Assembly: GCA_043228905.1 (NCBI GenBank)
Contig: JBHGNT010000013.1
Span: 14,694,001 to 14,758,000 of the forward strand
DNA length: 64,000 nt
Source: Azolla caroliniana
Lineage: Eukaryota > Plantae > Polypodiophyta
Reading direction: 5' to 3'
This document shows positions 1 through 12,234 of this stretch, piece after piece. The notes beneath the pieces were generated by a model that was not told the origin of the DNA, did not search any database, and was given only the letters and a program-made list of their open reading frames with translations. Each line of letters begins with the position of its first letter. Position 1 is the first letter of the stretch. The position numbers were made by a program, and so were the translations under genes.

Positions 1-972
1 CCAACCTCAGGACCTTACGAATAGCTTGATTGTGGCTTTGTGCAGTTGACTTCATCCCAGCATTGGCCCCAAAGAGATTGTGTCACTCGAGAAGGTCGCT
101 CCCAGCAATGTCATTACTCAGTTGCGATTCATATTTCCCAGGCAAAGTCATCCTTCAAGATCATGCAACTGTTTACCCTTTTATTGGGAAGGTGGGTCGA
201 GAAGGTTGTCAATATTCTCTGAGATTTAGCCTCAAGTGAATCTTCTCTAAACTGACACAAAGCTTAACTAATTAAGACATACTTACTCAACCACAAAACT
301 CACTAGACACTCTTTGATTGGTTAAAGAATAAGCAAATCTTAAGTAGGAAAAAGAGTCCCAATTCCGATTAATTAGTCATGCAATAATACAAGATTAAGC
401 TCGAGAATTCAACAAAGCAAAATCTAGTCTAAGTGTAAAGAATGATGAAGAAACTTCAAAGAGTCACAAAAATTGAATTTTATACTTCTTACACCCCAAC
501 ACTGTTTGGTTCCGTTAAGCCACAGTACATGCATAAACCTCAGCTATGAAAATGCCCTTCATGGGAAACTGCCCTATAGAAACCAAGCTAAATATAATCA
601 AGGAAATCACAAAGTGATCCCACCAAAATGCAAGTGGGGATTTGGTAAAAATAAGCCAATGCATAAACGACTAGTTGTTGGGTAATGGAACGCAGACATT
701 AAGAAAAATCGCAAATTTTGAGAAGGAAGACAATCGAGAAGGTATGATACTGGAATTTTTCGTGGTGTAAGACTAAAATATGTGTGTGTGTGCATCCAGT
801 CCATTAATTTAGCCATCAAAAAAGCAAAACCAAAAACCTGAGCTTGGGTGACGTACAAGGAATTATATAATATATTACAGTATATACAAGTAAATCACGG
901 TCTATGGTAGAATCACATGAAAACTCAACAAAAAGAGAAAATTGGCAAAAAAACTGAGTTAGAATGACTCAC

Positions 973-1279
973 AGAGCGATAACTCGAAGGTCTTCATTGC
1001 AAACAACTCCTTCCCAGCCATGGCAAGGATCGTTTCCATTCCAAGTTGAGAGAGACGTATTGAGATTCCATTTCTGCTTCGCAGAGATCAAGGCTCTGCC
1101 TAGTGGACGAATGTATGCATTTAAAAGCATGGAAATGAATCCAAAAGAAAGTACGCTTGAGAAATCACGAGAGAGATAGAGAAGAATGGACCACGTCGCT
1201 TACCATCATCGCTGTCGTATGCAGAAATGGATTGAAGGCAGACGGGAGAGATCAAGAGGAAAATGAGAAGGAACTCCAT
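973..1279 (-). CDS. 5' part (exons 1-2) of an LRR receptor-like kinase/protein, LRR-VIII-1 (HPCA1)-like N-terminus; gene continues off the left edge
   Basis: Exon 1 (1279-1204) encodes the signal peptide MEFLLIFLLISPVCLQSISAYDSDD and is followed by donor GTAAG. Exon 2 (1099-973, acceptor CTAG, donor GTGAG) encodes GRALISAKQKWNLNTSLSTWNGNDPCHGWEGVVCNEDLRVIAL, a typical LRR N-cap (W-x-G-x-DPC-x-W-x-GV-x-C). It ends in phase 2, as LRR exons usually do. No kinase domain is in the window. Confidence 0.8.
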
Positions 1280-1293
1280 AGCCCATAACAGAG

Positions 1294-1330
<37 letters not shown>

Positions 1331-2363
1331 GACTCTCGCGGGTTTCGAACTCTCGACTCCTCGAGTTTGACTCTATTGTTTTCTTCTTCTTTTTGCGTTT
1401 CTTCTTCTTCTTCTTCTTCTTCTTTAAACTTTGAATTCTTCATACAAAGAAGAAAAACAATTCCATAGCATATAAAAGCAGATATACTATGAACATCACC
1501 AAAACATGAACATTTCCTATAGGAAAGCCTCTCGGTTACATAGGACCGACCATCTCATGGATAAACCTCTCCACGAGAAAAAACCGAAAATTGGGTCAAA
1601 TATCATAGTGTGACGTGTGTGTCGATCCCACGTGGGATCGTAACAGTCTTCTGTCTGGTCGGAGATTGACGATGCACATCATAATGGTGCGCATTGTTCC
1701 TAAGATCATAAAGGAGGCACGAATGTTGCTTTGGCTGACTATTTTTATACATAAGCGGGAAATCACAATGCATTCTCAACCCCCCGAGCCATTAACCTTT
1801 GTACGGCAATGCCAATCGAATGTGGCGTTTGCTTTATGTGCTATTGTTGATGGATGGAGCAAGGGCTCACCACCCGAACTAGGGGACCAAGGGAGCTTAT
1901 GTGTGTACTCGCATGCTCTAGGGCTATCTTTGTTTATTTGCCATCGTTGAGGGATGGGTTAGGGGCTCTCCACCCAAACTACAGGTTGAGAAGGGCTTAC
2001 ATGTGACTCATGAGATCAAGGGCTAACTTGCCACTAGGAAAAGGAACAATTACTATGTTGTTGGGTAAACCTCTCTCGTCCCCTGTGAAGTTGATTGTGC
2101 TCTTAATGGAACTACTTGAGTTGAAGTTCACGGAAAGTTGTTGAAGCTTCTCCAACTACGCCGTAGTGAGTAGATCAAATCAGTTTGTCGCATCACATCA
2201 ACCCCTCATTGTTTGTAAGCATACCAATATCTTGGTGATAAAAGAAAGTATGTGAGACTTAACTCTTACAACATTTAGTATAATCAAACAATTGACAGAG
2301 TGAAAGCAAAACTAAGACATTATAGTGTTGCATTCCATTTTTTCTCCTTAAGGGATTTAACCA

Positions 2364-2626
2364 TCTTCGCATGCTCGACATATAGTGCAATTCGTTCAAG
2401 ATATGCTGACATACTAAGAGGGAGTGATAACTTAAGTGCCATACTTAAGACACCACCTAGAAGGTTGAGCTCATATGTGTATGCTTTACTAACACATAGA
2501 GACTTTGTGCTTCAACATATGAATACCCCTTCTTAGGAAGGAGACGTATATCAAGAACACATGTATACTCTGGTCCCATAGGTCAAATTTGGCCTCTTTA
2601 TGGACGATAAAAATTCTAATTCTAAT
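2364..2626 (+). mobile_element. 5'-truncated 3' end of the RTEX-like LINE family (same family as 43951-48559)
   Basis: Nearly identical to 48289-48552: encodes TCSTYSAIRSRYADILRGSDNLSAILKTPPRRLSSYVYALLTHRD, has the same 3' UTR and ends in an (AATTCT)n tail. Confidence 0.9.
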
Positions 2627-3029
2627 AATGGGGCGATCAAAGTGGTTGGTAAAATCTATTGGCCTTCTTTTAAGACATTGTATTACATGAAAATATCATT
2701 CCATGTTGGATTGATTGAGTGTGTTGAGAGAACCATCCATTACGAGGTGCGGAATAATATTTTATGATTGAATTAGTGATACCTCAAGTTTCTCCATTCA
2801 AGTGATTTCAATATAGAGTTAATAATTATGCTTTGTGCAATCTTCTTCTTCTTTTCTTTTCCTTTTTTTATCCAAAAAAAACTTTACTTCGCATTAGTTA
2901 GCAAACAAAGTACATCAAAGACCATCAAATTTCAGCAAAACTCACTTTGGACTTCTCACCAAAGTGATCATAGTCCCCACCCCCTCAATTACAAAAAACC
3001 TATCCCATCAACTCTTTTTACATGGTAAT

Positions 3030-4060
3030 TAACTTGTAACACAATTATACATATTTACATATCCTCGTCATTAATGGAAGCCATTTGCGGAAACAACCAT
3101 ATGGGTGCTTGGTAGTTCAATTTAGCCCTCCCTTGATGATGATTTGACCACCATAGGAGAACTGCCCCATTTCAACAGAAACTTTGACCGAGCTCTTTTT
3201 GCTTCATCTGATTCCCCTTTAATTGAGTCGTACCGTCCCCGCAGCCAAGATACCAACTCGAACCATATGTTTAACAACACCTCACCACTTGGGAGCTTTT
3301 GTTATTGAAAAACAAACTTACAATGCTTGATCCAAATGTGTCAGACCGATAAGCAAGCCACCATCGTCCATATCTCCTCAAAAAATGCAGAGTTTGTGCC
3401 AGGTCGAACTCCAACACATTAAAACACATTGCCACCATGCACTATAAATCCATGGCCATGGGGGTTTAATTGTTCCGCCCAACCTTCTCTTGTACCCCCA
3501 TACAACTCTCCCATTCACACCGCATGTTGCCACGATCCTGAGACTTCTACCCCAAATGTTAATCGCCTCTGCACAATTCCAAAAACAGTGAGGGATCGAT
3601 TCCAAATAGTGTCCACATATCTTGCAACCAACCTCCCCACCACGGCACCTTAGCCACTCCCCCACATGTACCGCCTTATGGCTAAGAAGCCACAACCAAA
3701 GCTTTATATTTTTCTGGCATATCGAACGCCCATTGTCTCCTCCAAAACAACTTCAACAAGTCATCGAATATGCCTTTATCCCTCCAACTATTGCGAGTTT
3801 GAGCAGCGCCCATTGATTTGCCTTCCTAGCTTAGTATTGTACTCAAAAAACCTTTCTAGTCTGTTCGTTCCCGGTTTCTGCCACCATACCTCTAGTGGAT
3901 CCCACTCCAAATCACATAAGGGCGTGTTGTCAAATATCCAAAGTTTACAATCAGTTTCCAGCTTCTCGGGGTCCAGGTTTGCTTGCCACTTCTTACCTTC
4001 CAACACCGCCACCCACACTACCAACCACTGCTTTGTGCAATCTTAATCAAGCTTTGTTTG
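3030..4060 (-). mobile_element. Degenerate L1/Tx1-type LINE ORF2 C-terminal fragment (zf-RVT region)
   Basis: Minus frames give LWLWLLSHKAVHVGEWLRCRG..CKICGHYLESIPHCFWNC (C-x2-C...H-x4-C of zf-RVT) in Trp-rich frameshifted sequence. Boundaries are approximate. Confidence 0.7.
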
Positions 4061-5859
4061 AATCCATTTATTAGTAAAAGGAAGTAAGTAATAACTTTGG
4101 AGAAGATGCACATCATAGGGCGCAAACGAGAAGATCGTGGTCACAAATTCAAGAGCATGTGCAACATCAAAATTTCAATGCCTTTGTTTGTAACGATACA
4201 ATGTAATTGATTTTAATTCGCAATAGGAATATGCTCCTTATTATTGGAACCTTTCAATGAAAATGAGCAAGTGAGTTGGCATGGGATCAAAACTATAAAT
4301 GTTATTATGTGTCGTTGTATTTATGTGTTTGCATTAAATACATGACAATCAATAGTGTATCGTTTGTATAGTTCATTTGTTCACGATGTTGAACTTATAA
4401 AACATCATGTACTATTAATATTGAAGTATGGATACTGTATTTTCTTTCTTTCTTTTAGTGTAGGTGATTGTATTGGTAATATCGCGAATATTTATGATGT
4501 TATATTATTGTTGTATACATAGAGCATGTTGTTGAAGTTGGGCTCCATGATGGGACTTTATCATGCAATGAGCACTTTCGTGTGACATGCTTAGCTACAA
4601 CTTTGTTGACATAGAATGAGTGATCGAAGAACGGAACCATGTAGGAGATTCACGGTGCTCATGGTGGTATTTAAGGGATATAATTTGACAAGAGGGAGAC
4701 CTTATGTCCTAAATAACAACTATCGATCCTCAACTCACGAGAAGCCAGAGATTGGCCTCACTTATTGTAAGTTGTAGATGTCGATTGTGAACATTGGAAA
4801 TTTTGACAAGATGAATCATATAATCTAACATTAGCACATGATAAGCAACAACATTAAGGTTCTATCAATCTCCAACTCACATTATATGGTATTGCCAATG
4901 TCTTCTATAATAACGTGACTATAGTCTTGGTAGATGTTGTTAAGGCACTAATGTGGTTTAACATCATATGCAATTTATGATAACATATCGCATAACGCCT
5001 TCTTTTATTTTCCAATACAATCATTGTATAACTTTCTTTTACAAAGTGAATAATTTGATGGAATAGTAGTGCAATCGACTACTCCTTGATAGTTCACATT
5101 CATTAATATGATTGTGACCATTCAATAGTGTTTGAAACAAATGATTTTATAAAAACCAATAACATGTTATTTAAAATAGTCCTCCTTTCATTGAGAACGA
5201 AAATAACTATTCATGCGAGTTACAACAATTGTGGAGATAATGGATCTAGTTCCATTTTGTTGATTTTGTCAATGCTTCTCTTTTCCATCTACGTTATATA
5301 GATGTTTGGACCAATAGACGAGAACAAAGTTAGTTATTTCAAATATGACTATCGATATGCTACGATGCATGTTTAGGAAAAATGTTTTTTCTATGAGATA
5401 AATTATGTATAATTGATTTTTCAATGTTCGTTGGTAAAGCCTATGATCTTTCAATTTCTTTCTTTTCTTTAAAAGTTTTTTGCAAACACACCAATATTCA
5501 CACAAAACTTTATCGCAAACATTGATTTTTGCAAGGTGGGGCTACTCATGGAAAATGGAATTCTAAAGTCATTTCATGGGAATCTCTACCTAACTATCTC
5601 AAAGTCAAAATGTAAACGCTCTTTATATTCAAAATAATATAAGTGTTTTCTTTATACCTCAACACAACGTTAAGCTTTATCACAATAATGTCTCCATGAT
5701 TTACTTATAGCTTAAACTATAATTGGACGGAGAAATGTAAGTGTATCCATATGACAATTAATGTCTTGCTCAAGGTTGTGTTCCCATGAACATAGCCTTC
5801 CTCGAGACTATGTTCGTGTGTCTTAAAGAATGAAACTCTCTCTCTCTCTCTCTCTCTCT

Positions 5860-6195
5860 AGTGAAAGCACACAACTATATTAATTGCATATGACAAAAAC
5901 ACTACAATGGTAGTATTACTAATTTAGTGTCAATGTTGCATTGGTAATGGGATACACTAAAGCATAATATATGCAAAAACAATACGTCCTTGATGAAAGA
6001 ATTGCAACTTGCTCCAAGAAACACGATTTCCTCCAACTTCCACATGTATGCACTAATGTCTAAATAATGATACAATCTCAAATACCGCAAAACAAGAAAA
6101 ACAACCTCCATCTTTGATGTAGGTCATGTTATGTAAATTGCGCAAACATTCCAATGCCTTAGTGGTAGATGACAACATGACAAACTTGCCAAATA
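5860..6195 (-). mobile_element. Short decayed L1 3'-end fragment flanked by (CT)n
   Basis: MEVVFLVLRY resembles SEMEIVFLFLRYW of the L1 at about 19.6 kb. The terminal motif gtgaaagcacacaactatattaat matches 19326 and 19117. Confidence 0.55.
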
Positions 6196-9100
6196 TCTCT
6201 CTTTCATTCTTTCTCTCTCTCTCTCTTACCGTAATTAGTACATTTGGTAATATCGAAAGAAAATAGAGTTAGGTAGCATATCCTTCGAGGTGGATGGCAC
6301 ACAAAATCCACAATTGCTCCATAACATGATCTCCCTCTCTCTCTCATCACCCTTACACCACTCTTTGAAATTCTATAGAATGTACTCTTTGATCCTTCAC
6401 AACATGAGATCTACGAAGAATGTATTTGTAAATAGAGAGAGAGAGAGAGGGAGGGAGGGAGAGATTCTAATTCCATGTAGAGAATGATATCATTAGCTTT
6501 ATTGCAATAGCAGACAACGATATATTCGTTGAGTAAAAAAAGAACGTCATCGTGTTAAAATTGGAAACGTCTGAAAATAACCAGTGAATTTTGGTAGAGT
6601 TTGACTTTATCGACAAATGTTTTTGGTGATACTCTAAATTTGTTGTTCGGCTCCCTAGATTCTAATCTTGTAATTAATTTGTCACATCGAGTTTCATTTC
6701 ATACCCAAGTCCTTTTTAAAAAAAACAATGGTCATTTATTTCCAAATCGTTTCGATTCCCTCATGTATCAACTTTTGCTTCACTCATTGAAGGACATACC
6801 TAGCATTAAATGTTTTGCTCTCTTGGCTTCTTTCTTGAATGTCTCGTTGAATTACATCATACATGTATCTCATTCTCTATTCGTGCATGTGAATCCTGCT
6901 TCGACAAACATGTTTAATCGCTATATTGGTTTGTGTGCTTCATGAGCTTGACCCCCTCTAGCTTGAAGTTCCATTCAATTTCAATGGATTGAGGGTGAAA
7001 GTATCTAAAAGATATCTACATTTGGCCAATATTTGTGTAATAAATCATCAATGGTGAGATGAAAAACAATAAAAAAAATGACGTGATTTCCTAGTTACTC
7101 TTAATATATTGTGGGCTAATAGGTGATATTTGACTTCCACATGTTTATATTTAGTTGTGGGTCATGATTGTGGGCACTAGTGACATGATGTGATTTAGTT
7201 GGGATGTTCAAAAGTAACAAAAAAGACAATGTGTAGTCACAAAGCAATGACATGCACTCTATACAAAATGGATGTGTGTTTCCATAAACAAAAGACATTC
7301 TATACACAATTTGAGCGGACACAAACGCATACGCATCCCTTTGCCTGTAAGTGTTGAAGCAAGAAAATGCCTCATCGTGGTTGCTAATTCAACACATTAA
7401 CATGCAAAATCAATCATATGAATAAACATCCTATATAGTTTATGATCAGTATTGCAACAATGGGATTCAATACCATGTGATCAATAGAGAATGTATATGT
7501 TTCTTATCATAACGATGATTGTTGCTCTTGATGATGCCCACATGTCACAATGAAGGGTTTGAATGTCCTTTTAGACTTGACACGAACACCTTATCTAGGT
7601 GCTCTTGGGGAGTAATTTAGTTTTGAGATCAACATTGCTTTGAAACATCAAAGTTCACCTATATGACTTCATCACCCATAAATAATGAGCACAATTTGGA
7701 AGCTAATAAACTTTGCATAATTGGCATACCAAAATTGGCAAAATGCTAGCCAATAACCTCATATTGCTCAAATCTTGAAATAATCACGATTATTGTTTGA
7801 GAGAATGGGCCATCACTAAGAAGATATAAAATGAATATTCAAATGTACCCATCCCCGACATGTACATACAAATAGACAAGCACCCAATACATGTACACAC
7901 ACATAGCTATGGGAGACATGATGTTGCATTTGTATTTGGAAGGCGATGTTTGACAAACATATGTATCAAATATAGAAAACTATAATAAATTTAAGAATAA
8001 ACAAAGCCCATATGGACCATAACAAGTTTCCTTAGACTTTTTGATTTCCAAAGATGTAATGTGTTGCATTCGTTATTGAGGTTTTTATACAACAAAGATG
8101 ATGATACATATTCATTTAGCAATATCCCCAATAACGTTTGATATCGTCAATATTAGGTTTTTGGTTCAACTTGCCAATCTTGTTGATGATCCCATCACCG
8201 ACAATGTTTTTGAGAATGATGATGTGTGGCATTAACTTTATAAGAATACTTAATAGGATATTAAATATTGATTACTTTCTAACTTGTTTCATGTGAATAG
8301 CACTTTGACAATTATCACGTTATGAGTCATGACTCATGAGTCCTTCACTATCATTTTCTTGGACTTCACGAAACCATATCTTGAACATTTATTACTGTAA
8401 ACATGTTTTGTGATGGTAAATAACCTTTATGACAAGTCCACTCCTAGTTTATTGTTATCTCGATGCTAAAAAATTAACGTTCACTTGTTTAATTGATAAC
8501 TATTATATATTGCCACGAGATATCGATGAGCAAATAACTTGTTTGTTGAACTTCGGATCTTCACATGGTACACAACAAGGAGATCGTGTTGCACTTAATA
8601 CATTCACTTCAATTTGTCGATACCATTTATTGGATTTCACTCTCGATGACATGTCTCCAAAAATACTACATAACATCATAGTTACAACCAATAACTTCAT
8701 GATGAAGTGGCCAACCTAACATTCTTAATACTAAGGGTGTGGATGTTGTTTATTTATTATTAGTCAGCATGGAATTTTTATTTCCACTCTAAAAATTATT
8801 CACATATTTGTATTTATTTTGGTTACGGGATTGGGAAACATATAATTGAATGCTCAACTAATCAGCAAAATTGAACCATAAGCATACGACATTTCATCGC
8901 ATTTTGTAATTGCTAACAAGAAACTTCATGGAGACAACATATGTTTTATTATGTCATTTAACGTAATCGATGTGAGAAACGAGAAACCATTGTCATCTGA
9001 ATGTCAAAGTGTATCTTTAAAAGATAGAGACCAATGACTTGTATGTTTGTGAATACGTAATTTGAGATAAACATAACTATTAACAATGGCAATTTTGAAA

Positions 9101-10944
9101 GATCATGGATTTAACATTGTTTGGGATGAGGATGTATGGATGCAAATTAATTGTGAGAGGGGTTAAACTAGGTTTAATGATGGCATGACGAAACTACTCA
9201 TCAACATTCCTCAATGTGGAGCCAATAAAATTACAACATGATACATACACATGCAAAAGTAGTTTAATTTGTCAAGTCCCAAAGTGAGAGAATAATCATT
9301 TAGGTTCCTCAAAATTATGGCAGTTATAGTGTACTGAAACTCGTATCTCATAATTAAATTGTCCAATCTAAGAAAATACTTGTATGTTTTTTTGCTCATG
9401 ATGAATTATTGAAGTGTTTTTTTGCGCATGAGGATGAACTTGAGTTGCCCATTTCATCTAGCTAGTTGATGCCCCCTCCCCCCCCCCCCCCCCTATCGAG
9501 ATCTTGCCATTTTTTGGTACAAAACTTGCCTCCACACGATTGTTCCCCAATCCACAATCAAGTTTTGTAGTTTATAAATTGGTTTGGAAGATGGTATGAA
9601 TTAGTTTTAGTTTTCAATTTCATAAACGAGAAGATACCATGTCATGCTTAAATCCATCCTTGGCTACTTTGGGATCCCATCTAATGTGATATTCTCGAAC
9701 ATTTCAAAAGTACTACCATGTTATATTTTAGAGACGTCTCGAAGTTAATGAACTACCATGTGCCTTTCACCTCACAATTTATTTGTATTCGCTCAAAGAA
9801 ACTTTGCATTTTTTTTGGGTTAGGTCAAACATGGAACTTTAGTTATGCATGAGTGCGTCCATTTTTACCTTGATCTCTCACCATGTAAGGGGGATCAAGC
9901 AACATGGTCCTTGAACATAATTCACAAGTACCACAAATATCACAATAAAAGAGATGCAAAAGGAGCTTATATCTGTCACAGGAAATTGTGGGAATGGTCA
10001 TCGAATCAATGTGCCAAACATTTGCATATCAATAGTATGTATGTATTATACTAAAGGTCACCTTGCCTACATACAAGATAATGTTTTCCTTGTCTACATT
10101 CTATACACATGCAACACACTTGTCTATGGATGTCGAATGTTCAGAGTAAATGCATTTATTCCTTCACACCAAGTGATGGAAAAGAACAAAAGACAACACC
10201 AATGCTAACATAGGACAAGGTGTTTCACCATTACATGGATGAAGAAAATGTAAATTAAGCAACCCTATTTCTGTTTCTTTCAAACAATGAGAATGTTTAG
10301 GGTTAGAATTATAGGATTAATTTTTTGTTTCCAAACAAGAGCAAACGAGAGAGAGACAAAGTGTATGCTATATATCATTCGATGACAAATGAGGATGTTA
10401 TGTACATGGATGTTCTCGTGATCTATGCACACGAGAGTGCAAACCTATATAATACATATGTTGGGATAGGAATCACGAGATTACAGAGCGCAAGGAACAT
10501 ACACTGGGAAGAGAGAGCATTAGGAGGGAATGCGACTTAACACCATGCAACAAACGCTATTTACTTGGTCTTTGGAGTTGACACAGAGGACTTCGAGCTC
10601 GAGTTGGATGTCTCAGCCTTGGGCGGTTGGTTTGCTCATAAGGGGTGGGGGGGGGGGGGAGGGGCAAGAGAGGTAAGTAAATGGGCTATATGTGCCGGCG
10701 GCAAGAGACAGACGTATAGACACGCGCACGGCTAGAACTTGAAATGCGTCGACACATGTATGTATGTGCTTGTGCGCATGGAAATAGGTCAGAAGGATGA
10801 TTATGTATGTATATGGTGGATATGTACATATATGTATGTATGTACACACATGGATTGGAGCCATAAGATATTATACATACATACATACATAAATCAGAAG
10901 GGGAGAAAGAGTTTTTGTTTTGATAGGGGGATTGATAATGATAA

Positions 10945-10952
<8 letters not shown>

Positions 10953-10982
<30 letters not shown>

Positions 10983-11318
10983 AAAACAGAGTAACTTTAG
11001 TACATAATAATATGAGTAGCAGAGTGATGAACCCACACAATGAATGAATGTATAACACACACACACACACACACACACACATTGTAGGTAGTACAGAGAG
11101 ACACACAGAAGAGAGAGACAGAGACAGAGAGAGTGAGAGAGAGAGAGAGAGAAGAGAGAGAAGTAATGGAATGGAATGGAGCTAAAAGGTGAAATACAGA
11201 GACAGACAGAGACAGACACAGACAGAGAGAGAGAGAGAATCATGGACGATGATGGCTTAGGGTTTCCATTGATTCTCTCTCTAGCTCTCCCTCTCCCTCC
11301 CCTTCTCCTATGCGACTA

Positions 11319-11362
<44 letters not shown>

Positions 11363-11640
11363 TTCTGTTCTGTTCTGAAGGGTTAAGGTTTTGCCCACTT
11401 CTCTGCACTTCCCCTTCCTTCCTTCCTCTTCTCTGTTCTCAGGATTTTGGTCTTCTTCTTCTTCTTCTTCTTCTTGTTTGTCTGCTCCCCCCCCCCCCTT
11501 TGCATCTGCCCTAAGGGTCTGGGCTTTTTGTTCGCCCGCACTTTCCTCGCCTCCTTACCCTCTTGCAGGTCTCTTTGCCTTCATTCATTCATTCATCCCT
11601 GTTCTGAAGAGATTAGGGTTTGTTTTTTTTTTTTTTTTGC
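10953..11640. repeat. Dense microsatellite cluster ((GA)n, (CA)n, (CT)n, (CTT)n) with telo-box motifs in the DRB promoter/5' UTR
   Basis: Read directly from the sequence; TTAGGGTTT occurs at about 11257, 11613 and 11761. Confidence 0.85.
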
Positions 11641-11920
11641 CGTTGATTCGTTGCCGAGTCTCTTTTTACATTCAATCAATCCCCTGCACACTGAAGCTTA
11701 GGTTTTGTTTGCCCATATCAATCTTGCCAGATTCTTCACGTTCTCCCACGATCTCGAAGATTAGGGTTTAAAAAAGAAAAAAACAAAAACAAAAATCTGA
11801 AACAACGAACCCTAATATTCTAACCATCATCAGTGAGTGATCTGCAGATTTGGGGGAAGGGGAGGGGTTGGGGCGGGGGGGAAGGGCAGATTTTCCACAG
11901 GAAGAGAGGAAGGCAGAGAG

Positions 11921-12186
11921 ATGTATAAGAATCAGCTGCAGGAGTTAGCTCAAAGGAGCTGTTTCAGCCTACCGGCCTACACGTGCATACGCGAAGGTCC
12001 TGATCACGCGCCCAGGTTCAAAGCTACTGTAAGCTTCAATGGCGAGGTCTTTGAGAGCCCGTCGTACTGCACCACTCTCCGGCAAGCTGAGCATTCTGCT
12101 GCGGAGGTCGCCCTTAATGCCCTCTCCACACGGGGCCCCTCCCCTTCCCTTGCCGCCAAAATCCTGGTATGTTCCTGTTTCACCAT

Positions 12187-12234
<48 letters not shown>

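Noticed and set aside
4100-10500. AT-rich stretch as a decayed DNA transposon or gene
   Set aside because: It looks like old decayed sequence, but I could not find a convincing motif, terminal repeat or TSD; an HMM search is needed.
10613-11771. ORFs such as 10686..11243 and 11391..11771
   Set aside because: They are translations of microsatellites (SLSLSL, CVCVCV, FFFF).
11257-11815. TTAGGGTTT motifs as interstitial telomere
   Set aside because: They are isolated single units, consistent with ordinary telo-boxes rather than a telomeric array.
11837-11920. GTG-initiated N-terminal extension of DRB given by the ORF track
   Set aside because: DRB2-family proteins start at MYKNQLQ (ATG 11921); the upstream part is a purine-rich leader.
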